Assembly (NCBI GenBank): GCA_965218585.1
Contig: CBDCLE010000003.1
Coordinates: 160,001 to 224,000 of the forward strand
Direction of reading: 5' to 3'
Source of the DNA: Terriglobia bacterium
GTDB taxonomy: Bacteria > Acidobacteriota > Terriglobia > 20CM-2-55-15
Length of the DNA stretch: 64,000 nt
Shown: positions 21,318 to 30,317 of the stretch, piece by piece
How the letters are laid out: each line of letters starts with the position of its first letter
Numbering within the stretch: position 1 is the first letter of the stretch
Program-made: the position numbers and the translations under genes
The notes under the pieces: generated by a model
The model's input: only the letters and a program-made list of their open reading frames with translations
What the model was told of the DNA's origin: nothing
Database searches by the model: none

Positions 21318-21428
21318 AAAGACTAAACGCAGAGACGCAGAGGATTTATTTCCGAACGCACATTCCCTTCTGCGTCTTCAGCGACCTCTGCGTCTCCGCG
21401 TCTCTGCGTCTCTGCGTTGAAAAGTCTT
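21318..21428. repeat. 8/9-mer hairpin repeat (copy 2, same orientation as copy 1)
   Basis: AAAGACTAAACGCAGAGACGCAGAG ... (CTCTGCGT)-type unit x4, then TGAAAAGTCTT. Confidence 0.75.
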
Positions 21429-21886
21429 ATCGGGCGTAGGGGTGATTGTTGATTATTGTCAGGGCGCGGTAGATCTGTTCTGTGAGGACGGCACGGGCGA
21501 GGTCGTGGCTGTAGGTTAGCGGCGAGAGTGACCAGAGGAGGTTGGCCCGCTCTCGGACGGGGGCGGAGAGACCGGCATGGCCCCCGACGATGAAGACCAT
21601 GTCCCGGGGGTTCTCGTTGATGTGCTTTCGCAGAAACCCGGCGAACTTTTCCGATATAGGTTCTTCCGAGCGGATCCAGAGCCACAACGAAGTCGGAGTC
21701 ATCGATAGCCGTAAGCAGTCGCTCACCTTCCAACTCCATCCGCTTCTTTTCATCCTTAATGTGGGATTCCTTGAGCTCGGCGATTTCCGTGCTTACGAAG
21801 TGGCCCGAGCGGGTGGCGAATTCCTTACAGACCGAGGCGAGATCTGAATTCTTGGTCTTACCGAGCCACAGAATCTTGAGTTTCAT
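21427..21886 (-). CDS. rlmH: 23S rRNA (pseudouridine1915-N3)-methyltransferase, frameshift near 21655
   Basis: MKLKILWLGKTK...VALDPLGR / SEKFA...FIVGGHAG...SLSPLTYSHDLARAVLTEQIYRALTIINNHPY. Follows rsfS. Confidence 0.9.
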
Positions 21887-21889
21887 GAT

Positions 21890-21950
21890 CTGTAGGTGCG
21901 GTCTGTGACCGCACAATCGAGAAAAGTGCGGTCATAGACCGCACCTACAG
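21890..21950. repeat. GTAG-type REP doublet (REPIN-like), intact
   Basis: CTGTAGGTGCGGTCTGTGACCGCAC-11 nt-GTGCGGTCATAGACCGCACCTACAG. Confidence 0.88.
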
Positions 21951-21959
21951 AAGAAGAGA

Positions 21960-22361
21960 TCAGGCTTTCTGCCCGACTGTTTCTTTTACCTCACGCCGTT
22001 TGCCGGCCCGCCACAGTCGTTCCAGGTCGTAAAACTCGCGTGCCGACTCGGTGAAGATGTGGACGACGAAGTCGACGTAGTCCATCAGGATCCATTCGGC
22101 TTCCGTGTAGCCTTCGATGTGTGATGGCCGGATGCGCGACTTTCTTAGCCTTTCGTCGACACCGTCGGCTATGGCCTGAGTTTGCCGTGTCGAGGTTCCC
22201 GAACAGAGAATGAACTGATCTGAGAACGAGCAGATGCCTTCCAGGTCGAGAACGACTACATTACGGGCCTTTTTATCCAGCATGGCCTCGATTGCTGCTT
22301 CGACGTTGTTTTCAAATGTTGTGTCTGTTTCGCTAGACGACGTAGGCGACTCCTTATTCAT
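21960..22361 (-). CDS. rsfS: Ribosome silencing factor
   Basis: DKKARNVVVLDL, EWILMDYVDFVVHIF and REFYDLERLW. Confidence 0.95.
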   Translation of the reverse strand: MNKESPTSSSETDTTFENNVEAAIEAMLDKKARNVVVLDLEGICSFSDQFILCSGTSTRQTQAIADGVDERLRKSRIRPSHIEGYTEAEWILMDYVDFVVHIFTESAREFYDLERLWRAGKRREVKETVGQKA

Positions 22362-22971
22362 AGAGTTTATGTTTCTCAATATATCCTGCAACTTCCTTCG
22401 GGACCCAGGCAGTTATGTCTTGCCCCTTCTGGGCTCGGTCCCGAATCTTTGTAGCTGAGACAGGTTCCTTTACGAAGGGTAGAAAGTAAACTTCTGGCTT
22501 GGTAGGGATCTGAACCGGAAAGGAGGGATCCACGACCTCCACTGGCGCCAGATCTTCCCGCATCGGAAAGCCGGGCCGGTTCACGACTGCGAAGCTCGTG
22601 AGCTCCATCAGACGCTTGTAGTCCTTCCATTCTTCGATTTCCCTGAACATGTCGGTTCCGGTAACAAAGAGGAAAGAAGAATCGGGATATGTGCTGTGCA
22701 TCAGTTCTAATGTATCCACCGAGTAGCGTGGTTCCAGGGTGTCGGTTTCGATAGTCGAAACATGGAAGTTGTCGAAGGGCGCAGTTGCGAGGACGACCAT
22801 AGCGAATCGATGGAATACCGGAGTAATGCCCGATGGCGACTTGTGCGGTGGAACAAATGCTGGAATGAAATGAACCTCATCAACCTCAAAGGCATCAGAG
22901 ACCGCGTGCGCAGCTCGAAGGTGGCCATTGTGGATGGGATCGAAAGTCCCGCCAATGATGGCTATTCTCAC
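22354..22971 (-). CDS. nadD: Nicotinate-nucleotide adenylyltransferase
   Basis: [15 protein letters not shown] and VSATKIR. Confidence 0.96.
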   Translation of the reverse strand: MRIAIIGGTFDPIHNGHLRAAHAVSDAFEVDEVHFIPAFVPPHKSPSGITPVFHRFAMVVLATAPFDNFHVSTIETDTLEPRYSVDTLELMHSTYPDSSFLFVTGTDMFREIEEWKDYKRLMELTSFAVVNRPGFPMREDLAPVEVVDPSFPVQIPTKPEVYFLPFVKEPVSATKIRDRAQKGQDITAWVPKEVAGYIEKHKLYE

Positions 22972-23984
22972 GATCCGACGGCTTCTTCCATAGACCTGAG
23001 CTTACCGATAACTGTGCGCTTCAATCCATCGAGTCCCGTACCCGTGATCGATGAAATTCTAGCGAACTCTATGTTTTCCTGTCCACACCAATGCTCAAGA
23101 TTGCCGACTCGGTCGAGATCGATGACGTCGATTTTTGAGGCAACAACCATGCTTGGTTTCTTGATGAGTTCTGGATCGTGCTGTTCCAGTTCTGAGCGCA
23201 GGATCTTCAGTTGGTCGATCGGATCCTGGTCGTTACCGACCGATACGTCGATCAGGTAGAGCAGGAGCCGTGTGCGTTCGATGTGCCTCAAGAACTGGAG
23301 TCCGAGTCCATGTCCTTCGTGCGCTCCCTCGATGAGACCCGGGATGTCGGCTACGACGAAGGTCTCAAAGTCGCCGGCCGAAACAACGCCAAGACTGGGC
23401 TCGAGAGTCGTGAAAGGGTAGTCGGCGATCTTCGGATGGGCGGCAGATATCGTTGATATCAATGTCGATTTGCCCGCATTGGGAAATCCCACGAGGCCGA
23501 CGTCGGCCAGGAGCTTGAGTTCGAGCCGGAGCGTCCGTTCTTCGCCCGGCTCTCCGTCCTGAGCCTTTTTTGGGGCGCGGTTCGTGGAAGAAGCGAAGTG
23601 GGCGTTACCCCGTCCGCCGCGTCCGCCTTCGGCTGCGAGCCACTCCTCGTCCGGGCGGTCGAAGTCATGGAGCAGGGCTCCGGTTTCTTCTTCGTAAACG
23701 GTCGTTCCCACCGGAACCGTGAGGGTGAGGTCCTCACCGCTCTTGCCGTGCCGGTCACTGCCTTCCCCGTGCCGTCCACGCTTTCCCCGGAACAGACGGT
23801 TGTAGCGGAACTTCAGAAGGGTATTTTCCTGCGTGCTCGAGACCATATAGATGTGACCGCCACGTCCGCCGTTGCCGCCGCTGGGGCCGCCCCGGGGGAC
23901 GAACTTCTCGCGTCGGAAGGCGATGCACCCGGCGCCGCCTTCGCCTGCGCGGAGTGTGATTGTGGCCTCATCTATGAAAGGCAT
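22968..23984 (-). CDS. obgE: GTPase ObgE/CgtA
   Basis: [30 protein letters not shown] and DIPGLIEGA. Confidence 0.98.
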   Translation of the reverse strand: MPFIDEATITLRAGEGGAGCIAFRREKFVPRGGPSGGNGGRGGHIYMVSSTQENTLLKFRYNRLFRGKRGRHGEGSDRHGKSGEDLTLTVPVGTTVYEEETGALLHDFDRPDEEWLAAEGGRGGRGNAHFASSTNRAPKKAQDGEPGEERTLRLELKLLADVGLVGFPNAGKSTLISTISAAHPKIADYPFTTLEPSLGVVSAGDFETFVVADIPGLIEGAHEGHGLGLQFLRHIERTRLLLYLIDVSVGNDQDPIDQLKILRSELEQHDPELIKKPSMVVASKIDVIDLDRVGNLEHWCGQENIEFARISSITGTGLDGLKRTVIGKLRSMEEAVGS

Positions 23985-24074
23985 GGGAAATTCCAGGGAC
24001 TGATCCCTATTTCCAGCTCGATTTTCGCCTATAGAAGCACTTTTGGGAAATAGGGGTCTGTCCCGAATTTCCCA
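23984..24074. repeat. GGGAC-type long inverted repeat
   Basis: TGGGAAATTCCAGGGACTGATCCCTATTTCC ... GGAAATAGGGGTCTGTCCCGAATTTCCCA. Confidence 0.7.
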
Positions 24075-24079
24075 AACGC

Positions 24080-24109
24080 AAAAAGCCAGGGCTCGGACGA
24101 GCCCTGGCC
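24080..24109 (-). terminator. Rho-independent terminator after rpmA
   Basis: Minus strand reads GCCAGGGCTC-GTCC-GAGCCCTGGC-TTTTT. Confidence 0.8.
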
Positions 24110-24132
24110 TTCATACTTGCCCTTAGTTGGTG

Positions 24133-24393
24133 TTAGTTTTGCGATGCTTCTACGCTTATAAAACGGCCCATCCGGCCGCGGTCTCTGAACTGAACTACGC
24201 CTGATACCTTGGCAAACAGCGTATCGTCTTTGCCTCTGCCAACGTTGTCACCCGGTTTGAACCGTGTGCCGCGCTGCCGCACCAGGATCGAGCCTCCGGT
24301 GACGTACTGGCCGGCGAAACGCTTCACGCCCAGTCGCTGTGCGTTGCTGTCTCTGCCGTTTCGTGAGCTACCGACGCCTTTTTTGTGCGCCAT
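24133..24393 (-). CDS. rpmA: 50S ribosomal protein L27
   Basis: [24 protein letters not shown]. Confidence 0.99.
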   Translation of the reverse strand: MAHKKGVGSSRNGRDSNAQRLGVKRFAGQYVTGGSILVRQRGTRFKPGDNVGRGKDDTLFAKVSGVVQFRDRGRMGRFISVEASQN

Positions 24394-24404
24394 GAGATCG
24401 ACTC

Positions 24405-24716
24405 CTAAACCTTGATGTCGTTGATCAGCAGTTCCGTATAGGGCTGGCAGTGGCCGCGGGTCCGCCGGTACTGCTTTTTCCGTTTCATCTTGAAGACGAT
24501 GATCTTCTTTTCTCGATCCTGATCCAGAACGGTTGCCCGGACCTTGGCTTTCTTGATCAGGGGATCACCGATGGTCACCTTGCCATCGTTCTCGACCATC
24601 AGGACTTCTTTCAGCTCGATCTTCGAGCCCACCTTGCCGTCGAATCTCTCAACCTTCAGCTTGCTGCCCGGCTCGACCCGATGTTGTTTCCCGCCTGAAC
24701 GAATAACTGCATACAT
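24405..24716 (-). CDS. rplU: 50S ribosomal protein L21
   Basis: [14 protein letters not shown]...[19 protein letters not shown]. Confidence 0.98.
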   Translation of the reverse strand: MYAVIRSGGKQHRVEPGSKLKVERFDGKVGSKIELKEVLMVENDGKVTIGDPLIKKAKVRATVLDQDREKKIIVFKMKRKKQYRRTRGHCQPYTELLINDIKV

Positions 24717-24749
24717 AAGAGGTGAATCCTCACATAGGGACAAAGTCCA

Positions 24750-24779
24750 ATTCTACTGATATTGGCGCGTGGGTGTCAA
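24750..24779 (-). promoter_or_regulatory. Sigma70-type promoter for rplU-rpmA
   Basis: Minus strand TTGACA-18 nt-TAGAAT. Confidence 0.7.
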
Positions 24780-24897
24780 TTTAGGGGGGTTCCCGGCTTT
24801 GTGACGAAGGGGATTTCGCTCCCTCGTTCATGCGGACATCCTGTCCGAAGGAGGGCAATCTCCTGATTGCGAGGCCGTTTGCAAATAGAATGGAACC

Positions 24898-24981
24898 GTC
24901 ACGCTAGCTGGTAAACTCGGTACTGAAATCCCAAAGAGAACTCTCAACTCGATTGTGCGTCAGGCGGGGTTAAGACAGTGA
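24898..24981 (+). pseudogene. hicA: HicA toxin C-terminal remnant
   Basis: Manual translation VTLAGKLGTEIPKRTLNSIVRQAGLRQ*. Its stop overlaps the hicB start (GTGA). The N-terminal half is absent. Confidence 0.7.
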
Positions 24982-25190
24982 AATACCTTGTGCTTATCGA
25001 AAAAGGACCGACAAGTTACGGGGCCCACGTTCCCGATCTTCCTGGGTGTGTCGCTGTGGGTCGGTCCGAAGAAGAGGTTCGGACACTGATACATGAAGCG
25101 ATCGATATCCATCTTGAGGACATGCGGCAATCCGGGGAGCAGATTCCGGAGCCTACAACCAAAGCAGATTACGTCGAAGCGACTCCCTAA
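24978..25190 (+). CDS. hicB: HicB-family antitoxin (short form)
   Basis: YLVLIEKG..YGAHVPDLPGCVAVG...EAIDIHLEDM...IPEP. Confidence 0.9.
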   Translation: MKYLVLIEKGPTSYGAHVPDLPGCVAVGRSEEEVRTLIHEAIDIHLEDMRQSGEQIPEPTTKADYVEATP

Positions 25191-25264
25191 TTATCGACAA
25201 GTTCGAAGACTTCTCGGAGAACTCAGCCCATACCCAAATCTCCTTGCGGTGGAGACTTCCTTCC

Positions 25265-26182
25265 CTATTTCCGTCTTGCTCTGGGGTGTGTTTTCCGGTA
25301 TTCGTCGCGGAGGTGTTCGAGGCTCAGGTGAGTGTACTTCTGAGTTGTCGAGAGGTTCGAATGGCCGAGAAGTTCCTGGATGCTACGGAGGTCGGCCCCG
25401 CTCTCGAGCAGGTGGGTCGCAAAACTGTGGCGCAGGGTGTGAGGGGTCATCTGCCGTCCTGGAGTCAGGTAGGTGCGATAACTCTCCAGAAGGCGTTCTA
25501 CCGAGCGCACCGTCAGGCGTGTGCCGCGCATGTTGATGAACACAGGCAGATTCCCCTCGCTGTCGCGGCGTATCTTCCCTTCGACTTCGCGTTCGGTTCG
25601 GTAGGCTTCCAGTGCCTGGGCGGCAAACTGACCGAAGGGGACAATTCGCTCCTTCCCTCCCTTTCCCAGCACGCGCACGATGCGTTGGGACATGTCCATG
25701 TCCTCTTCATTCAGGCCGACCAACTCGCTGACGCGCAATCCGCTGGCATATAGGAGCTCCAGGATGGCGCGGTCCCGGAGGTTCTTGAGGTTGGGTTCGA
25801 CAGGAACTTCCATCAGCTGCTGGACTTCGGTTTCGGACAGCTTCGATGGGAGTTTTTGTTCGACCTTGGGAGAGGAGACCAGTTCCCCGGGATTCCGAGC
25901 GAGATATCCCCGGCGAACCATGAACTTAAAAAATGACCGGACCGACGAGAGGATTCGCGAAACCGAACTCTTGGCCAGCTGTTCCAGATAAAGCGTATTC
26001 AGGAAATCTCGGATGAAGATATGGTCGACATCGGCCACGTTCACCTGGCGGGCCTCCATGAAGACCGCAAATCGGCGAAGGTCTCTCTGATAGTTGGAAA
26101 CCGTATGCCCGGAAGCTGCCCGCTGCCTGAGAGAGTCGAGGAACTCTTCTATGGAGCTTTCGATGTTTAGACGAGCTGGCAT
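25265..26182 (-). CDS. xerC: Tyrosine recombinase XerC
   Basis: LLYASGLRVSEL, GKGGKER, HTLRHSFATHLL, LLGH..LSTTQKY. Located after trmFO. Confidence 0.9.
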   Translation of the reverse strand: MPARLNIESSIEEFLDSLRQRAASGHTVSNYQRDLRRFAVFMEARQVNVADVDHIFIRDFLNTLYLEQLAKSSVSRILSSVRSFFKFMVRRGYLARNPGELVSSPKVEQKLPSKLSETEVQQLMEVPVEPNLKNLRDRAILELLYASGLRVSELVGLNEEDMDMSQRIVRVLGKGGKERIVPFGQFAAQALEAYRTEREVEGKIRRDSEGNLPVFINMRGTRLTVRSVERLLESYRTYLTPGRQMTPHTLRHSFATHLLESGADLRSIQELLGHSNLSTTQKYTHLSLEHLRDEYRKTHPRARRK

Positions 26183-27498
26183 TCGTCGAGCCTTTCAATC
26201 GCACGTTCCGCAATCAGACGCTGCCGGTCCTTCTTGCTCGTCTTCCTCTTGCCGACAGTTACAAGCGGCGGCAGCAGTCCGAAATTGATGTTCATGGGGG
26301 CGAAGTGCATTTGGGGCGTCGAAACATACCGGCAGAGAGATCCTATCGCTGTCTCTACCGGAGGAATCCATAGTTCGGATTCGCGTGTCCGGCGCACTGC
26401 ATTAACGCCGGCGACAAGGCCAGTCGCTATGTTTTCGATATAGCCTTCGGTTCCCGCGAGTTGTCCGGCGAAAAAAATCCGTTCGTCCTTCTTTGCGCTC
26501 AAAGTGGCATTGAGAACATCCGGCGCGTTGATGTATGTGTTCCGGTGTATCTGTCCCAGTCGTAGGAACTCGGCATTCTCGAGTCCGGGGATCATTTTCA
26601 AGATCCGCCGTTGCTCGGGGAACGTCAGATGGTTCTGAAAACCGACGAGGTTGTAACTGCTTTGCATGATGTCTTCGGAACGGAGCTGGACGACGGCGTA
26701 GGGGATCTTCCCTGTCCGTGGATCTTCCAAGCCGACCGGTTTCATGGGGCCAAAACGCAGGGTGTCGCGGCCGCGACGCGCCATTTCTTCTATGGGAAGA
26801 CACGCCTCGAAAAAACGGGTTTCCTCAAACGCATGCAGCTTGACGGCTTCAGCGCTGGTCAGGGCCTGGTAGAAACCGGCGTATTCAGACTCCGTCATCG
26901 GGCAGTTCACGTAGTCGTTCTGGGAATGGTCATACCTGGAACGGGAAAACACCTTTGAGCGATCGATCGAAGCTGCATCTACGATCGGCGATATCGCGTC
27001 GTAGAAATAGAGATGTTCGCTGCCGCAGAAGGTCCGTATCGATTCTGAAAGCCGGGGCGAGGTCAGAGGGCCACTGGCGATGATGACCGTGCCCGACTCG
27101 GGAATCTCTCCGAGCTCCTCCCGGTGCAGCGTGATGTTGGGTTCGGATTCGATGGCCTGGGTGACCGATTCGGAAAATCGCTCTCGATCGACGGCCAGCG
27201 CCCCGCCGGCTGGCACGCGGTCCTTGTCGGCGATTTCCAGCAGCAGGGAACCCGACTGACGCAGTTCCTGCTTCAGCAACCATGAAGCGTTGTATGGCCG
27301 GTCCGACTTGAACGAATTACTGCAGACGACTTCGGCGAGCTTGTTTGTTTTATGAGCCGGTGTGGTTTCCGCCGGTCTCATCTCGTAAAGATGCGCGTGC
27401 CCTCCGAGCCGCGCGATCTGCCACGCTGCTTCCGACCCCGACAGACCACCTCCGATAACGGTAATCTCGTGCACCTGAAGATTATAGCTCTGACTCAA
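26167..27498 (-). CDS. trmFO: tRNA (uracil-5)-methyltransferase TrmFO
   Basis: IGGGLSGSEAAWQ, EVVCSNS, LRFGPMKPVGL and HRNTYIN. Confidence 0.96.
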   Translation of the reverse strand: MSQSYNLQVHEITVIGGGLSGSEAAWQIARLGGHAHLYEMRPAETTPAHKTNKLAEVVCSNSFKSDRPYNASWLLKQELRQSGSLLLEIADKDRVPAGGALAVDRERFSESVTQAIESEPNITLHREELGEIPESGTVIIASGPLTSPRLSESIRTFCGSEHLYFYDAISPIVDAASIDRSKVFSRSRYDHSQNDYVNCPMTESEYAGFYQALTSAEAVKLHAFEETRFFEACLPIEEMARRGRDTLRFGPMKPVGLEDPRTGKIPYAVVQLRSEDIMQSSYNLVGFQNHLTFPEQRRILKMIPGLENAEFLRLGQIHRNTYINAPDVLNATLSAKKDERIFFAGQLAGTEGYIENIATGLVAGVNAVRRTRESELWIPPVETAIGSLCRYVSTPQMHFAPMNINFGLLPPLVTVGKRKTSKKDRQRLIAERAIERLDECQLV

Positions 27499-27550
27499 TG
27501 ATTGAGAGCTTCAACACGAACCCGTGAATCTGAATAGGATTCGTTTTATA

Positions 27551-27670
27551 GCGCGGTTCAGACGTCGCTGAGACAAGGCGTGCGACACGAGGGCACCGGA
27601 GGCGTATATGAAATACGTCGAGGATGGCCGAGTGAGCACAACGCAGGATCAGTAGATGTATGGACCGCGC
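27551..27670. repeat. 120-nt self-complementary element (MITE-like or structured RNA)
   Basis: Ends GCGCGGTTCAGACGTCGCTGA / TCAGTAGATGTATGGACCGCGC. Inner GGCGTAT-ATGAA-ATACGTC stem. Confidence 0.5.
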
Positions 27671-27679
27671 GGTAGGTGG

Positions 27680-30163
27680 CTACGCAGCTTCTACGGGTTC
27701 CTTGTAATCGCAGGACTCTTCGTTGCAGTAGCGGATCGTGCCTTCTTTCTTGGTCGACTTTTCAAGGACGTAGGACGCCTTGCATTTGGGGCAGGATTCG
27801 GCGATCGGACGTTGCCACACCACGAAATCGCAGTCCGGATAATTGGCACAGCCGTAGAAGATCTTGCCGCGCTTTGTGCGTCGCTCGGTGAGTTCGCCTC
27901 CGCAATCCGGTTTCGGACATTTGACACCGATCGTCTTCGGCTTGATGTACTTACATTTTGGATAGCTTGAGCAGGCCGTGAATGGGCCAAAACGACCTTC
28001 CTTGATGACGAGGTTCGATTCGCATTTGGGACACGGTTCATCCAGCGGGATGTCGGGGACTTTGGGTTTGCTCTCTCCGGCTCCTATCTTACGTGTGGTC
28101 TTGCATTCGGGATATCCCGTGCAGGCGAGAAACTGCCCGAATCGACCCCGTTTGAGCGCCATCGGCTTGCCGCAGTTTTCGCAGGGTTCGATCTTCTCTT
28201 CCTCTGTCGTCTCGTCCTCTTCGTCTTCGCCTTCGACCTTGATCTCTTTCGTGTTCGAACATTCCGGATATCCGGTACACGCCATGAAACTGCCGAACTG
28301 ACCCCACTTGATCACCATCGGCTTGCCGCACTTCTCGCAGACCTCGTCGGTCGGGATCTCCTGCCGCTTGATGTTCTCCATGTTGACCGTTGCGTCGGCC
28401 AGGTCCTTCTCGAACTTCGTGTAAAACTCCTCCAGGGCCTCCACCCATGTCATCTTGCCTTCTTCAACCTCGTCGAGTTCTTCTTCCATCCGGGCCGTGT
28501 ACTGAACGTCGAAGATGTCTGCGAAATGTTTGACGAGTTGATCAGTTACGATGGTGCCCAGTTCCGTAGGTCGGAACTTGGCCTGTTTCTTGGAAGCGTA
28601 TTCCCTGTCCTGAATCGTCGTCAGAATTGAGGCATATGTCGATGGTCGTCCGATACCCTTCTCTTCCAGGGCTTTCACCAGTCCGGCTTCGTTGAAACGT
28701 GGTGGAGGTTCGGTGAAGTGTTGTACCGGATCGAGCTCGATCAAGCGTAAGGTTTCCCCTTCGGACAGTGGAGGCAAGCTCACGCTTTCGTCCTCAGGGT
28801 CCTTTTTCGCATCCTCGTCGGAAGTCTCTTCGTACACCTTCAGGAAACCGTCAAATTTCTGCACGCGTCCATTGGCCCTGAAGAGGTATTTCTTCGACTC
28901 GATTTCAACCGTGGTCTGGTCGTAGATGGCTGGATTCATCTGCGAAGCGACGAAACGGGTCCAGATCAGCCAGTACAGCTTGTATTCGTCGTCGGTGAGA
29001 GCGGCCTTGATCTTATCGGGCGCGTGTTCGACAAACGTCGGGCGAATCGCCTCGTGTGCGTCCTGTGCGTCCTTCTTGCTCTTGTAGAAAACAGGCTTTT
29101 CCGGAAGATAGGGTTCGCCGTATGTGCCAGAGATGTATGGTCGCACCATGTCCATCGCTTCATCGGAAATGCGCGTGGAATCGGTCCGCATGTAGGTGAT
29201 CAAACCGACGACACCTTCCGAACCGATTTCTTTTCCTTCATACAGCCGCTGTGCCAGCATCATCGTCTTCTTGACCGTGAAACGGAAACGGCGGGCCGCG
29301 TCCTGTTGAAGCTTACTGGTGGTGAAGGGGGGCACTGGCCGTCGTTTCTTTTCTTTCTTTACGACGGACTGGACGCGGAACTCGGAGTCACGGATCGCGG
29401 AAACGATATGGTCGGACGCTTCCTGGTTGGGAATCTCGATCTTTTCTCCCTGGTACTTCACCAGGCGCGCTGCGAACGGAGGCGGGGTGTGTCCTTCCAG
29501 TTGAGCCCCTATTGTCCAGTACTCCTCCGACTTGAAATCCTTGATTTCGCGTTCCCTCTCCACGATCAGGCGTAAAGCCACCGTCTGAACACGGCCCGCA
29601 GAGATCCCGCGACGCACCTTGTCCCACAGCAGGGGGCTGACCTGGTATCCGACTATTCGGTCCAGAATTCGCCTCGCCTGTTGGGCATCGACGACGTTCG
29701 AATCGATCTCGCCCGGTTTTTCTATCGCAGCGCGGATGGCCTTGGGCGTGATCTCGTTGAACAGGACGCGGAGAATTTCCGTATCTTCGGATTCAAGGAT
29801 TTCCTTGAGGTGCTGGCAGATGGCTTCCCCTTCGCGGTCATGGTCAGCGGCGAGGTAGATCTTGCTCGCTCCACGGGCTGCGGTCTTCAGCTCCTTAACC
29901 ACCTTTTCCTTCCCGGGGATCAGTTCGTAGGAAGGACGGAAAGACTTCTCGACGTCTATACCCAGCTTGCTCTTGGGCAGGTCCTTGATGTGACCGACCG
30001 AGGCCTTGACGACGTAACCCGACCCCAGATATTTCTTGATCGTGTTGGCCTTGGCCGGAGACTCGACGATAACTAGAGACCTCTTCGACGCAGTTTTCTT
30101 CTTCGTCGTTTTCTTTTTAGTAGTCTTCTTCGCCGTCTTCTTCTTGGTAGTTGTTGTTGCCAT
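27680..30163 (-). CDS. topA: Type I DNA topoisomerase with C-terminal zinc ribbons
   Basis: LVIVESPAKA, DREGEAI, SAGRVQT, LITYMRTDS and C4 zinc-ribbon repeats. Confidence 0.98.
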   Translation of the reverse strand: MATTTTKKKTAKKTTKKKTTKKKTASKRSLVIVESPAKANTIKKYLGSGYVVKASVGHIKDLPKSKLGIDVEKSFRPSYELIPGKEKVVKELKTAARGASKIYLAADHDREGEAICQHLKEILESEDTEILRVLFNEITPKAIRAAIEKPGEIDSNVVDAQQARRILDRIVGYQVSPLLWDKVRRGISAGRVQTVALRLIVEREREIKDFKSEEYWTIGAQLEGHTPPPFAARLVKYQGEKIEIPNQEASDHIVSAIRDSEFRVQSVVKKEKKRRPVPPFTTSKLQQDAARRFRFTVKKTMMLAQRLYEGKEIGSEGVVGLITYMRTDSTRISDEAMDMVRPYISGTYGEPYLPEKPVFYKSKKDAQDAHEAIRPTFVEHAPDKIKAALTDDEYKLYWLIWTRFVASQMNPAIYDQTTVEIESKKYLFRANGRVQKFDGFLKVYEETSDEDAKKDPEDESVSLPPLSEGETLRLIELDPVQHFTEPPPRFNEAGLVKALEEKGIGRPSTYASILTTIQDREYASKKQAKFRPTELGTIVTDQLVKHFADIFDVQYTARMEEELDEVEEGKMTWVEALEEFYTKFEKDLADATVNMENIKRQEIPTDEVCEKCGKPMVIKWGQFGSFMACTGYPECSNTKEIKVEGEDEEDETTEEEKIEPCENCGKPMALKRGRFGQFLACTGYPECKTTRKIGAGESKPKVPDIPLDEPCPKCESNLVIKEGRFGPFTACSSYPKCKYIKPKTIGVKCPKPDCGGELTERRTKRGKIFYGCANYPDCDFVVWQRPIAESCPKCKASYVLEKSTKKEGTIRYCNEESCDYKEPVEAA

Positions 30164-30317
30164 TTCTTAGCGTTCTCCGCGCTCCCACGTCCCCGAGACA
30201 GTTAAGTTATTAAGTCGTGTCGTGGGAAAAATCAACAGTGTCTTTTTCATCCTTTCGCTAAGTACGTGATTTTCGTTGTACCTAGCAGGCCGCAAAAAAA
30301 GGTTCCACCCACAGGCA

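Noticed and set aside
25265-26182. Tyrosine recombinase as a phage or island integrase
   Set aside because: The motifs and the dprA-topA-trmFO-xerC context indicate housekeeping XerC.
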